A stretch of 64,000 bases of DNA from Eledone cirrhosa (GCA_964016885.1 OZ024741.1:278132001-278196000); one strand, 5' to 3'; shown: positions 26,557 to 40,039, counted from the stretch's first letter. The notes: generated from the sequence alone by a model not told the origin. Numbers and translations: made by a program.

Positions 26557-26924
26557 ATATCAAGGAATAATGGCGAATTAATTATTGATTTTTTTTTTTT
26601 TTTTTTTTAATTAAAAGAGTAGAAACTAAAGAATTACAGGCATCTGAGATGTTTGGAAATCTATAGAACTAACGCAACCATCAGGCCAACAAGGGGTAGA
26701 TTATTAAACGTTGAAGGATTTGGAACAAGTATATTTCATATTTTTTTTAATTCCCAAAGCCTCTTAAGTTAACAGCATATTTACACTTCTAGCTACAGGC
26801 TTTAAATCTTCTAAAACTGATTCTCAACGTGGGCTTGAGAAATTTATAAAATGGACCTGGAGAATTTATTGCAGATTGAAAAATTTGGAAATATCTGGAT
26901 TTATCCAGTAATTATTTTTTCTAA

Positions 26925-27205
26925 CTTGTGACGTTCGATGGAGTCGGGCCGCTGACAGCGAAGTTCTTGTCATCGCTGGCGGCTCGCCTTACTGAGGTGT
27001 CAGGTAATGCCTGTGAGGGTACCTGGTTGTTTCCGCGCCTTAGCCTCGCCATCAATCGTGGCAATGTTGCGAACGTGTTGGCTTGCCTCAAAATGTGATG
27101 TGATATGCGGCCGATTGTCGCACTTGGTGGTGAATTTCATCTCCCTTTTCTTCTCTTTTTATCTCTCTTTTATGCGTTTATATTTTATATGTGTTTTCGT
27201 TCTGT
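26925..27205 (+). mobile_element. CRE-like LINE 3' fragment
   Basis: Homologous to 22584-22765 (GGAGTCGGGCCGCTGAC...GGCTTGCCTCAAAA). Confidence 0.8.
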
Positions 27206-27857
27206 GAGCATTATAACAATAATAATAATGGAATTATTGTGTACAGTGCTCAGGGGCACTACAACTCATCAAAGGTGCATGTATAGTACATAGAATAATA
27301 TACAAATGTCAGGGAAGTGAATAGTTTATATTTTGCTGGCCTTGTGCCTAAAGTAGAAACAATTATTACATTTTTTTACACTTGTGAATAAAAGAATAAA
27401 CAAGAAAAAAACTTACACGTTAAGCTGAACCAAGGCTTGGAAGTTCAACTCGACACGAAAAAATGTCAGGCTTACATTTTCACGTAAGAAAAGGTTGAGA
27501 AACATTGTTCTAAAAGACGGCCAATCAATGACCAGAGAGCCCCTGACGTAAATGCACTTGTTTGGTATTTGAGAGATGTGTGGTTCGATTCCTCGCTGCC
27601 CACTGTTTTCCCGTCTCCAGGGATACTTTACCCAATTTCTCAACTATTACTAAAATTTGGGACGGCTACATTTCAAATTTTGCTCCTTCTGGGACACAAT
27701 TAAATTTAGTCAAATATATCAATTCAATGTAAATAATAATCAAAGAGTGTTTAATGTTTCAAACATTTAATAACTAACGATCGTTTCATCCTAGCACACG
27801 ATATGTATCCAGCGGTTATTTCTTCAAGTTTGGTACTCATTTTATCGAAATGTTCGA

Positions 27858-27895
<38 letters not shown>

Positions 27896-28004
27896 CTCTC
27901 TCTGATATTACCATGTGTATTCTTTCCTGATTATCTCCCTTGAACCATGGATTGAAGTTTTGCAACTATTGACGATATAAGTAATGTTCCTCTCTTGTTA
28001 AGAG

Positions 28005-28860
28005 GGCGAATTGGCAGAGTCGTTAGATCGTCAGCTAGAATGCTTTGCGGTATTTGTTTCTGCACTCTGAGTTCAAATCCCGCCGAGGTCAACTTTTTTC
28101 ATCCATTCTAGGTCGATAAAAAAAAGTACCAGTCTAGTATTGGGGACGATCTTTTCTCTATATCACCTTGTCTCTCAATCCTTCTCTGAAATAAATCTGC
28201 TGTATTCAGACCTGGAGAGTAAATGGGTCCGACAGATTTAAAAGTGCCCTAGAGACGCCGTATGTCATTATTCCACTCCAACGAGTTCCCCAGGAGTTAC
28301 GGGAACATACCATACCTCTCTTGTTGACTAAGCCAAAGTAACAGTTTATATATAACTCAAAACTATTGTAGTTTTTACATCATAGATGTAGACATGGTTG
28401 TGTGGTTAAGGATTTTTGTTTTGTAATCTCATGGTTCTCAGTTCAGTCACAATCTGCACCACTGTTAACAAATATCTTCACCATTTTTTTAATTATTTAT
28501 TTTACTGTTTTGTTTTGCCAGGAGGGGAAGGGCAGTAGCCATGGACCGTTCAATCTTATCGTATCTTGTAATGATTTAGCAGAAAATATATAAAAATTGT
28601 CAGAATCGTTAGAACGTCGGATTGAGTACTTTGCGGTATTTGTTGCAACTCTCTGCTCTTTGAATTCAAATCCTACCGAGGTCAACTTTATCTTTCATTC
28701 TTTCGAGGTTGATAAAAAAGTACCAGTATAGTACTGGGGTCGAGTCTTTCTCTATATCCATTTCTCAAATATTTTCTTCTACTCTCTATCCTTCTCTGGA
28801 AGAAATCTGTTGTGTTCAGATCTGTAGAGGGTTGAGCTCTACCAGGCTTAAAATGACCAA
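28005..28860 (+). mobile_element. SINE copies with a shared extended 3' segment (28005-28300, 28590-28860; also 30630-30900 on + and 47400-47660 on -)
   Basis: SINE head and core followed by TCTCTATATC...GAAATCTGCTGTATTCAGACCTGGAGA in each copy. Confidence 0.65.
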
Positions 28861-29785
28861 GAAACACTATAATAATAATAATAATAACGAAATTATTGTG
28901 TAAAGTGCTCAGGTGCACTACAACTCGTCAAAGGTGCATGTATGGTACATAGAATAATATACAAATGTCAGGGAAGTGAATAGTGTATGACATGATGGTG
29001 CCCCTACGACTCCATCAGGTGTTATGAGTCCATACTATACCATATCATATAAAAAGCAAGCTTGTTAATTCACATATTGTCTTTACTAGTGGACAGATTA
29101 TTGTAAATATTTGCAGTAAACTAAAGTAAAGATTTAATATTTAATGTGATGCAGGCATAGTGCTGTTTGGTATTTGTCAAGAATATCTTGCTGATGTGGT
29201 TTTATGTGGTATGGGATATTAAGAGTTAAGAGTATCTAAGACATCTAAGAGGGAGGTGGGGAGGTATTTTCATAAAATTTGCACTTAAAGAATTACAATT
29301 CTTTAACAAAATGCCAATATTCAGTTGTATGGCACCATTATGTTTGGAGAGAGGAAAAAAATGTTAATGTTCATATGATAAATAAGTATACATTTGAGTA
29401 AATTTCACAGAGAAATCTTTGAATCTTGTTAAACCCTTTTAATTAGATACAGCAATATTCTTTGAAATGCAAGTAGAATAAAGAATTGATGTTGTTGTTT
29501 AATACTAGGTTTGCCTTTGTCAAGAAAACTAATGTTTAAAGGCATTCCAGCTGTGACTATCCCATCATATGTTTCCATAGTGTCCTTTTTTTATACAGTA
29601 GGGTGCGATATGGTTTCATGTGCTATGGGATGTTAAGAGTTAAGCGTGTTTAAAACTGCTAGGAAGGAGGTGGGGATGTATTTTCATTAATTAGACCGGG
29701 CCTGAATGTTTGTAACAGAGTGAACTTTGCTAAAGGTACCTGAGAGTCAGGTGGTGATGGTATTGAACCAGGAAATGGATGACGT

Positions 29786-30030
29786 TCACAATGGTCCTGC
29801 AGCTTTACCATTCTTCATCTCCTTAATTGCTTCTTTGACCCTATAAATGTCAACTTCAATGGCTGTTCCTTCTGTTGAGTAAGTTAGGGGTAGTCTTTCC
29901 TCCTCCCATTCAGCCTTTGCATTCATAAGACTCTCATAGTAACATTTCCAGGCCTCTTTCTTTTGAGCATCAGTAGTGTTAAGTGTACCAGAGCCATTTC
30001 TAACACATTTTCCCCCAATTACATCTTGAT
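29786..30030 (-). pseudogene. RTE LINE linker fragment
   Basis: [15 protein letters not shown]...[14 protein letters not shown], homologous to 8244-8462. Confidence 0.85.
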
Positions 30031-30046
30031 TCACACTAACACACTA

Positions 30047-30138
<92 letters not shown>

Positions 30139-31029
30139 CGAAGGAATTGTGGTAAGGAACCACATGGACCATAACGCACCAGAGTACTCAATACTTAGGG
30201 TAGTAGAGTGGGTAATAGGAAAATATTTTTACTCAGCCTACCTCTCACTATAACAGACATTAAAATATATAGTCCATGGGATGCTTGTCTCACAATTGAA
30301 AGGTCATGATTTTGATTCCTAATGGCACATTGTGTCTTTGAACAAGCCTCTTTATTTCATGTTTCTCCAGTTTACTCAACTAGAAATCATAAGTTGCACT
30401 TATTCAAATGGGATTAAGCTTGCCACACCCTGTGTCATGGCGAATATCATTGAAAACGAAATTAAGGGTACACATTTATGTGGAATGCTCAGCTACTTGC
30501 CTGTTAATTTTATGAGCCAGCTGTTCCGTTGATCAAATCAACTGGAACACTTGTAGTCAGAAATGATGGAAGTCCAACATACAGTGTATGCAATTATAAC
30601 AATTATGTAAATTCATTGTTGTACAGTAAATCGGTGAATTGACAGAGTCATTAGAACGTCGGATAAAATGCTTTGCTGTATTCGTTTCCTCTTTCTGCTC
30701 TCGGTCGACTTTGCTTTTCATCCATTCTAGGTCGATAAAAAAAGTACCAGTCAAATTCTGAGGTAGATTCTTCCTCTATATCTCTTTCTCACTTCCATTC
30801 TCTCACTCTCTATTCTTGTCTGGAAGAAATCTGCTGTATTCAGACCTGGAGAAGGAATGGGCTCCCTAGATACGAGCCCCTCAGGAGTTACGGGACTAAA
30901 GAGAAGAAACATTCATTGTTAAAGCCAATAACTCATTGTTATATACATAAAATCGAGATATTTCCCTATTCTTTTTTTTCTTTTGTATCCTTTTCTTTTT
31001 TTATTATTGCCGTTATTATAGTTGTCTTT

Positions 31030-31760
31030 ACGAGTGGATTGGCAGTATCAGTAGAGTCGGACGCCATGCTTTGCAGCATAGAGTGACGGCCCTTTACGGA
31101 CTGATAAAATAAAATACCAATAATACACTGGGATAATTGCTGGCCTTGTGCCAAAAGTAGAAACAATTATTAGGGTGGTAGACTGGCAGTATCAGTAGAG
31201 CGTCGGACGCCATGCTTTGCAGCAAAGAGTTACGTCCCTTTATGGTCTGAGTTTAAATCCCGCCGAGGTTAACTTTGCCTTTCATCCTTACGGGATCGAT
31301 AAAATAAAGTACCAGTAATGTACTGAGTTATTACTGGCCTTGTGCCAAAAGTAGAAACAGTTATATACATAAAATCAATAGGCTGTTTGAAAAGGGACAT
31401 TACTCACTCCTCTGACAGCATGAGATGGCTTCTCTTGCATTATCATCGGTGGATTGGCAGTATCGGTAGAGGGTCGGACACCATGCTTTGCAGCACAGTT
31501 ACGTCCCTTTACGGACTGAGTTCAAATCCCGCCGAGGTTAACTTTGCCTTTCATCCTTACGGGGTCGATAAAATAAAGTACCAGTAATGCACTGGGATAA
31601 TTGCTGGCCTTGTGCCAAAGGTAGAGACAATTATTTTCTGAGTTCAAATCCCGCCGCGGTTTACTTTGCCTTTCATCCTTACAGGGTCGATAAAATAAAG
31701 TACCAGTAATGTACTGGTTTAGTGCTGGCCTTGTGCCAAAAGTAGAAACAATTATTTTCT
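31030..31760 (+). repeat. Tandem array of about 5 full or partial SINE copies
   Basis: Repeated GAGTTCAAATCCCGCCGAGGTTAACTTTGCCTTTCATCCTTACGGGGTCGATAAAATAAAGTACCAG...GGCCTTGTGCCAAAAGTAGAAACAATTATT. Confidence 0.85.
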
Positions 31761-32120
31761 TTTAATAAATTTAAACATCTGTATAGAGCTAGTAAACCAA
31801 GACAGAATGGTACTTCTTATAGTTGAGATAAGTAAATATAATTCGCCTAAAGGCATAATTTGTCTGTATCTGTTTTGCTATGTCCCAATGAGCCCTGGAA
31901 TAAATGGTTTAAATCTTAATGAACCGAAATCATAGGGATTTCCAAAGGTTGACAGAGGAGATGGGACTGGCCTTCTTTTCGTTGTATTTTTTCCATTGTC
32001 TTTGTTCTGTACACCACCTTTTTGAATTTATATTCTAAAGACTTAGTTACATGGACTTTTTTTGAAACTATATATATATATATCACATAAGAAACGGAGA
32101 ATCAGTGGTGCGACGAATAT

Positions 32121-32185
32121 TAGACATATTACAATCGTTTCTCTGGCGACCAGTTCGAGGCACGATCGATCCTCAGATACGTCTA
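32121..32185 (-). ncRNA. Type I hammerhead ribozyme (solo, in a TA-flanked island of about 190 bp)
   Basis: Minus strand reads UAGACGUAU-CUGAGGA-[stem II]-GAAAC GAUU GUA^AUAUGUCUA. Stem I has 9 bp, the core is intact and the cleavage triplet is GUA. Stem II is imperfect. Confidence 0.7.
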
Positions 32186-32394
32186 GATTTTTTTGGAAAC
32201 TCTGCTCAGTAAGAGCATCGAGTGCTCAAACGGCCTACCGCATACGGACGCTTTAAGCATCCCACACCAATTATATATATACCCCTCACTCTCAAGCGTG
32301 AAACTAATATTAACATTTTATGGCTGGAACAGGTAAAAGAGAATATATATATATATATATATATATAATATAAGATCAAAAGATGGTTAAAGGA

Positions 32395-32480
32395 GTTCCA
32401 TATATTTTATTATGCGCATTTCAAAAACAAACATCATCAAGCAATAATATTTGTGTTTTCATCAGATAAAACAGGAGAAC
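32395..32480 (-). ncRNA. Type I hammerhead ribozyme (inverted pLTR copy)
   Basis: Reverse complement of 33342-33427. Confidence 0.8.
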
Positions 32481-33341
32481 ATGATATGAAGGCTAAAAAA
32501 CACTTGTTGATAGTGCAGTTTTAAATCAACATATGAAAAGTGGTTTTAGATTGATGTGTGATATTGGGAAAAATATTTTATTTAGAGAGGGGGGGGGGAT
32601 GAAAAGGGAAGGAGATGAGAGGGAGAGATGGGTGATAGAGAGAAAGAGATAGTTTTTATAACTGAGAGGAGATATATTTTTACATAGAGGGGTTGAAAAC
32701 CGTTGGAAGATACTGTATAAATTAAAAATTTTGAAAATTAACGAAGGGAGGATATGTGCGAGGAAAAAATATTTTATTTAGGGAGGGGTGGGTGGAAAGG
32801 ATGAAAAAAAGGGGGGAGGAGATGAGAGTGAAGGTGGAGAGGGAGAGATGGGTGATAGAGAGAAAGAGATAGTTTTTATAACTGAGAAAAAGATATATTG
32901 TTTTAATATAGAGAGGTTGGGAACCGTTGGAAGATAATGTATAAATTAAAGGAATTTGAAAATTAACGAAGGGAAATTATGTATGAAGATAGAGAGAAAA
33001 AAATAATAATTGTGGGTGAATATTCTAACGTCAAAAGAAGAAATGTATGTATTGTGGCAATTTCAAAATTAGCGAAGAGAAAAAAAAAAAAAATTGTTAT
33101 GGTTTGTGTGTAGAAGGATTTGAGAAAAATAATGTAAAGTTAAAGTTTGTATATTGAATTGATATGTATTAATAATGAGTTCGTTGATGGGGAGAAAAAA
33201 ATAATAATAAATTAAGGATGAAATTGAGATTAAAAAGATTTATGATAGAGAGAAAAAATATCACACATCAATCTAAAACCACTTTTCATATGTTGATTTA
33301 AAACTGCACTATCAACAAGTGTTTTTTAGCCTTCATATCAT

Positions 33342-33427
33342 GTTCTCCTGTTTTATCTGATGAAAACACAAATATTATTGCTTGATGATGTTTGTTTTTG
33401 AAATGCGCATAATAAAATATATGGAAC
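33342..33427 (+). ncRNA. Type I hammerhead ribozyme in 5' pLTR
   Basis: GUUUUAU-CUGAUGA(33357-63)-long stem II-GAAA(33400-03)UGCGCAUA^AUAAAAU. Stem III is the palindromic UGCGCA and the predicted cut is after 33411. Confidence 0.85.
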
Positions 33428-33623
33428 TCCTTTAACCATCTTTTGATCTTATATTATGCATACTCCAGTCCCACAAACTGTAGAGTGCTTCTTATCCGAT
33501 ATCTGCATTGCTTTATTGTACTACAATAAAACTCACCTCCTACATTAACTTGCTCCTTAACGGTTGAGCGCTTACTCTCATATTGGATACCTTTTGATGG
33601 TCCTTCACCTCTTCTTCTACAAC

Positions 33624-36036
33624 ATGGATTATTACAACATAATCAATTCAACTAAAGACATTCCTATACCTGGTAAATCTGAATTCACCAAACTTCTTAT
33701 TGAAAAAACTGACTCCTTCGTAAGAAGACTTAGATGGACAGCCTATTTCTATGACCAGCGCCTAAAAGGGAACTTTCATACCAAAGAACACAACTTCCTC
33801 GATCATCTTTTTAATTCTAGACGAAATCCTCCTTCCAACAAAAATCTAGCACAATTCGAGGAAGAATTAACTAAAATAATAAAAAATCCTAAAAAATCTT
33901 AAATTCAAGAGATACCCTTACAAAGGACAAGAGCACCTTGTAAATCTCAAGAACACAATCTCTAACCTAAATTCCTCAAAAAATGTTTTAGTCCACTCTG
34001 ACAAAACCAATAACCTATATGGTATTTCCAAGGATAATTATAACAACCTTATCCTAAAGGAACTTAGGAAAAAGTATCGTAAAACCAACCATGAACATTT
34101 AGAATGCATAAACCTTGAAGCCTATGAGATTATGTCAAAACTTGGCATTGAAAAAAAGACCGAACCATTCCTCCCAAGAACTCCGAGGATAAATCTCAAG
34201 GATCACAAAAACAATTTTCGCACTGAACTACCTGTTAGATTAATCGCCCCCTCTAAATCTGATCTGGGGGTTGTTAGTAAAGCCATCTTGGATAGGATTA
34301 TCCCACAGGTTAGTTCTAATTGCTCTTCTTTAAACCTAAATTTATGGTTTGGTACTTCTGAAGTGATTGGCTGGTTCAACAAATTGGATAATAAAAACAA
34401 ACTAAAATTTATTCAATTCGATATTGCCAGCTACTATTCCTCCATTTCGCCTTCACTTCTCAATAATGCTCTATCTTTCGCACTTAAATATTCTGACATC
34501 ACCACAGATGAACTTCACATCATCCTCACCGCACGTAAAACCATCCTAGAGTTCAACAACGAATATTGGACCAGAGCCGATACCTCTAACAACTTCGACA
34601 TCACAATGGGAGCATCCGATTCATCCCAATTGACTGATTTAATTGGTATCTTCATTTTGAACTCTTTGAGTCGGAAAATTCCTCAACTTCGCGGTGGAAT
34701 TTATCGTGACGATGGACTCTTTACTATCCTAAATTGCAATATAGTTAAACTTAATATTATTAAGAACAATATACGTAATCTCTTTAACCAACATAACCTA
34801 AAAATTGAATTTGATAATAGTATCAAACTAGCTAATTTCTTGGATGTATCTCTTAATCTTGACACTGGCCTATATTACCCTTACCATAAAAACAATGAGA
34901 ATCTTAATTATGTTAACTTTAAATCTAACCATCCTACCAATATCAAGAATGCTATAGTTAATAATATTGGAAATAGAATATCTAACATATCTTCTAATAA
35001 AAACATCTTTGATGCTAACGCCAATTACTATAATAACGCACTTTCTAAAGCCGGCTATCCAGATAAAATCAAATATAATAAAGAAACAAATTCTAGGAAA
35101 ACTTACAGTAGAATAATTAATCATGACCATTCCAATAATTTTAATAAAAGACCTAGATACAAAAACATAATCTGGTATAATGCTCCTTTCTCCATCTCTA
35201 TTAATAACAATATTCCTAAATTATTTTTTAGTGCCTTAAATAAATGCTTCCCTCCCTCACATATCTATAGTAAAATATTTAACAAACACACCATCAAATT
35301 TTCGTATTCTACATCCTCCAATATTTCCAACATCATCTCTAAACACAACAACAAAATATTAAATACTAAATCTCTTCCTTCCAATATCGAATTTCATAAT
35401 AACAGTAATAGTACTCCCGACGTCATTGTAAACCCTAGGCTAACTTCTGTAAACCCAAATACAACGTCAAACACAACTTCGCTAAATGTTCATAATCCAA
35501 CTCTAAATCAAGAAACTATTATTCCTATTATTCCTATCGCAAACAACTTCTCCAATCCAATTCCTTCTATAGATAACACTAGATCACTCATTAATAATCT
35601 CTCTAATTGCAACTGCCGCATCAAAAATAAATGTCCTCTCAACAACCATTGCCTCGATAAAAACTTAATTTATGAATGTAAAATTATAACTAGCACCAAT
35701 TCCTTCACCTATTTTGGCTCCACTTCCACCTCTTTTAAAGCTCGTCTCTATAATCATCATTCATCTTTCAAATACAAACTTAAAAGAACTAACACTGCTC
35801 TCTCAGAACTCATATGGTCCTTAAAAGACAAAAACATTAAATATAACATCTTTTGGAAAAATATTTCTTCTGCATCCTCATACTTGAACAGCTCTCTATC
35901 TAAAATCTGTAATCTCTGCCTAAATGAAAAATTTACCATTATCTCTAACCTAGATTCTATAATAAACAGACGCTCAGATTTGTTTTCTATCTGCCTGCAT
36001 AAATTCCATAGAACTTTTCACAAAGTATACAGTTAA
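33624..36036 (+). pseudogene. PLE RT-GIY-YIG polyprotein, about 800 aa if a 10-bp duplication at 33881-33900 is removed
   Basis: KDIPIP, RRLRW, SDKTNNLY, LKDHK, FDIASYY, ITMG, YRDDG, NFLDVSLNL, CNC-x5-CPL-x3-C, LIY-x11-YFG, FKARLYNH, CNLCLNEK and CLH. These motifs resemble the Naiad clade. Confidence 0.88.
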
Positions 36037-37018
36037 TATTCAATTCTTTATCAATTTAGAATCTTTTCTCAAAGGCACATATACATACACCTCTTTAAAA
36101 TATACCCATCTACCTTACCTTACTTTAAAGGGCATTATACACTCTATAATACTCGTTTACTCATTACCCTCATTCTATCTTCTCGTAAAATAATAACATT
36201 TGTTTTTGACATTTTGAATATTCATCCGCAATCATTATTATTTTTTCTCTCTATCATAAATCTTTTTAATCTCAATTTCATCCTTAATTTATTATTATTT
36301 TTTTCTCCCCATCAACGAACTCATTATTAATACATATCAATTCAATATACAAACTTTAACTTCACATTATTTTTCTCAAATCCTTCTACACACAAACCAT
36401 AACAATTTTTTTTTTTTTTCTCTTCGCTAATTTTGAAATTGCCACAATACATACATTTCTTCTTTTGACGTTAGAATATTCACCCACAATTATTATTTTT
36501 TTCTCTCTATCTTCATACATAATTTCCCTTCGTTAATTTTCAAATTCCTTTAATTTATACATTATCTTCCAACGGTTCCCAACCTCTCTATATTAAAACA
36601 ATATATCTTTTTCTCAGTTATAAAAACTATCTCTTTCTCTCTATCACCCATCTCTCCCTCTCCACCTTCACTCTCATCTCCTCCCCCCTTTTTTTCATCC
36701 TTTCCACCCACCCCTCCCTAAATAAAATATTTTTTCCTCGCACATATCCTCCCTTCGTTAATTTTCAAAATTTTTAATTTATACAGTATCTTCCAACGGT
36801 TTTCAACCCCTCTATGTAAAAATATATCTCCTCTCAGTTATAAAAACTATCTCTTTCTCTCTATCACCCATCTCTCCCTCTCATCTCCTTCCCTTTTCAT
36901 CCCCCCCCCCTCTCTAAATAAAATATTTTTCCCAATATCACACATCAATCTAAAACCACTTTTCATATGTTGATTTAAAACTGCACTATCAACAAGTGTT
37001 TTTTAGCCTTCATATCAT

Positions 37019-37104
37019 GTTCTCCTGTTTTATCTGATGAAAACACAAATATTATTGCTTGATGATGTTTGTTTTTGAAATGCGCATAATAAAATATATG
37101 GAAC
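37019..37104 (+). ncRNA. Type I hammerhead ribozyme in 3' pLTR
   Basis: Identical to 33342-33427 at an offset of 3677 nt. Confidence 0.85.
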
Positions 37105-37177
37105 TCCTTTAACCATCTTTTGATCTTATATTATGCATACTCCAGTCTTTATTTGTACTACAATAAAACTCACCTCC

Positions 37178-37395
<218 letters not shown>

Positions 37396-38984
37396 TAGTA
37401 ACACTACAGTTACTACTTCTACCTTTGGTTTCATTTTAGCTTTGCTAATTTCTGAATATATTTTGTTAATCTATTTTTTTCTTTATAGCTGGTGTGCTAC
37501 ATTATCCACTGCAATAAAATTGAGCCAAATGAGGAAGTCACTAGTGGTCACGCAGCCTGTTAGAAATAGCAGCTTATTTCCCCTCGAGTCACGTCATACT
37601 GTCTTAGACGTAGAAGACATTGGATAACGTAGTCGTAGATATCCATAAAAATGACGGCACGGTTACGACTGGAAATCATTTGATCATAGATCTGCTCGAT
37701 CAAGGCTTACCCAGAGCCTCCGTTACAGTTTTGGTTTGTATGGGGAGGGGCTTAAGTATATCTACTGTACATGTGTATAATTAGTAGCTCTTGCTTTTTA
37801 TCACCAATACGAGAATAAGAAAGAAATTAAAAACATGATCATACTAGCATATTTAGAGTCAATAGAAAGTCAATGTAGTAAAAACCAAAGCACAAGTATA
37901 TTGAAACATATTATTGGAGAGGTTAATCCTCAATAGCCACTTAGTGCTGGAAGATTAGTTACCTGTTGGTTAAATATAATTGTTTCTACTTTTGGCACGA
38001 GGCCAGCAATTAAACCAGTGTATTACTGGTACTTTATTTTATCGTCCCCGTAAGGATGAAAGGCAAAGTTAACCTCGGCGGGATATAATACAGCTAATAT
38101 AGGTGGTGGATTGGCAGTCTTGTTAGAACATCGAACAATATACTAGGAAAGAGATGGGCATTGCCACGTATTTCTAAGGCACATTGAAATGTCATAGACA
38201 CAGTCAAATTTCTTATGTGGCACCTTAACGACTGGCTGCACCAGTCACAGGAACTTTGATCAATTGAATAATTGATTTAGTTACAACCCTTAACTTTACG
38301 TTCTATGTTTAAATCTCGCCAAGTTGAACCGTGCTTTCCTTTCATCCTTCTGACATCGCTTCAATAATGTTTCAATCAGTCAAGTACTGTGATCGATTGC
38401 TACCATACACCCCAATCCCATATGTGAATGGAACGATATATAGTAAAAGACAACGTAAATTTGTAAAACCCAAAACAAGTGGAGAGAGAAAGAGTGCGTG
38501 AATCAGTTAACGCTCATGCGCTTACTTTGAAATGCGGACGCTTATAAAATTCAGGAAAAAAATACAAACATGTATCTATCCGTAAATACATGTGAAATTT
38601 TTTAAAAAATACGTGTGAACTAGTAAGTCTTCATTTTGAATTACATCCATCTGAAGAATATTCTTAATCTTATTACTTTATACTGTTATTGCTTTTGTCG
38701 TTTATATATTCGTACGTTAATTGTTTTTCCGAGCTTCTATTTTCTTGCTTTATTTTTTGTGGATTTAATTTCAAAAAGGACATTTTTTTTCTTTTCTTTC
38801 TGGAAAGTACTTCTAGAGCTGTAATTTTCAAAGGAGAAGCACTTGGTTTCCAAGGGAGGAAGAAGTTTGAAAAACTTGCTCATTAATGATGTTGGGTTTA
38901 AAAATTACTAGAAGACAATTTTATTTTTTTAATATATACAATACTTAATGACATAAATATTTCATATAAAATATAAAATCAAAA

Positions 38985-39300
38985 CGAAAGAGATTAATTT
39001 AACACTAAGTAATAATATGCCAATCGGTTACACACCACAAGGAGTGCTGGAGTCTCCTTCTAATACCTTTTGAGGCAAGCCATTACATTGGAAATGTCAC
39101 GGCGGGTGATAACGTGGCTAAATCGCTGGAACAACCAAGCACTCTCACGAACATCACTTGACACCTCGGTAAGGTGAGCCGTTGTCAGCTGCCCAGCTCC
39201 CCACTAAAAAAAAATGACTCGGACGCCACAGACTGGAAAAAAATAGTTTGCCGATAATTCCGGGTATTTAAAAATTTTATTCCGTCCAAATTGGAGAAAT
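38985..39300 (-). mobile_element. Decayed CRE-like LINE 3' fragment
   Basis: The reverse complement gives KYPELSANYFF.. and ...GGCTTGCCTCAAAAGGTATTAG, homologous to 22540-22785. Confidence 0.7.
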
Positions 39301-39421
39301 TGAAGGAAATCTGTGATTACAAGAGGAGGAATGTGATCTGGGTTTCTGAGAATCAGATATGTATTATGTTCAATTTGTAGTTATTTAATACTTTTCTATG
39401 AATATAATAATATAAAGTTTA

Positions 39422-39730
39422 TAGAATGAAAATATAGACACAAATAATATATATATAATACCTAATGAATACTTCTTACAGAATGAAAATATAGACACAG
39501 ATAATATATATAATACTTATTGAATACTTCTTACAGAATGAAAACATAGACACAAATAATATATATATAATTGTTTCTACTTTTGGCACAAGGCCAGCAA
39601 TAACCTAGTGTATTACTGGTACTTTATTTTATCGACCCCATAAGGATGAAAGGCAAAGTGAACCTCGGCGGGATTTGAAATATAATACCTATTGAATACT
39701 TCTTACAGAATGAAAATAAAGACACAAATT
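39422..39730. repeat. Minisatellite of about 55 bp x4, interrupted by a minus-strand SINE fragment (39570-39680)
   Basis: GAATACTTCTTACAGAATGAAAATATAGACACAAATAATATATA repeats. Confidence 0.8.
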
Positions 39731-40039
39731 ATACATTAAATTATTACTAGGTATCTTATAAATATAAACTAGTTTAGTTTATTACTGATACTTTATTGTA
39801 TAGAAACCGATTGAGATGGAAGACAAAATTTGGAATTTGAAGAAATAAACGAAGTGATTTTATTATATCGAAGTAAAACATGTACATGAAATTACATAAT
39901 AGCAAAGTTCACATTTCCCTCCTAAAGAAATATGCTGAAAATATAGATAGCTTGAAATTACAAACACAAATGCCATAGCTGTCAAAATTCAACACATATT
40001 ACTTAATTACATAACATTTTATTTACAGTAATAATAATA

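Noticed and set aside
27550-27603. tRNA gene (GGTTCGATTCC T-loop)
   Set aside because: There is no convincing D-arm or acceptor stem; at most a decayed tRNA-derived SINE head.
33624-36036. Possible selenoprotein-type Naiad (in-frame UGA plus SECIS, described for some Naiads)
   Set aside because: The reconstructed frame has no in-frame TGA, its cysteines are TGC/TGT, and it ends in TAA.
38480-38640. Candidate promoter or first non-coding exon of the dynein gene
   Set aside because: The region is slightly CpG-enriched with a GTAAGT, but no clear RFX X-box or other support is visible.
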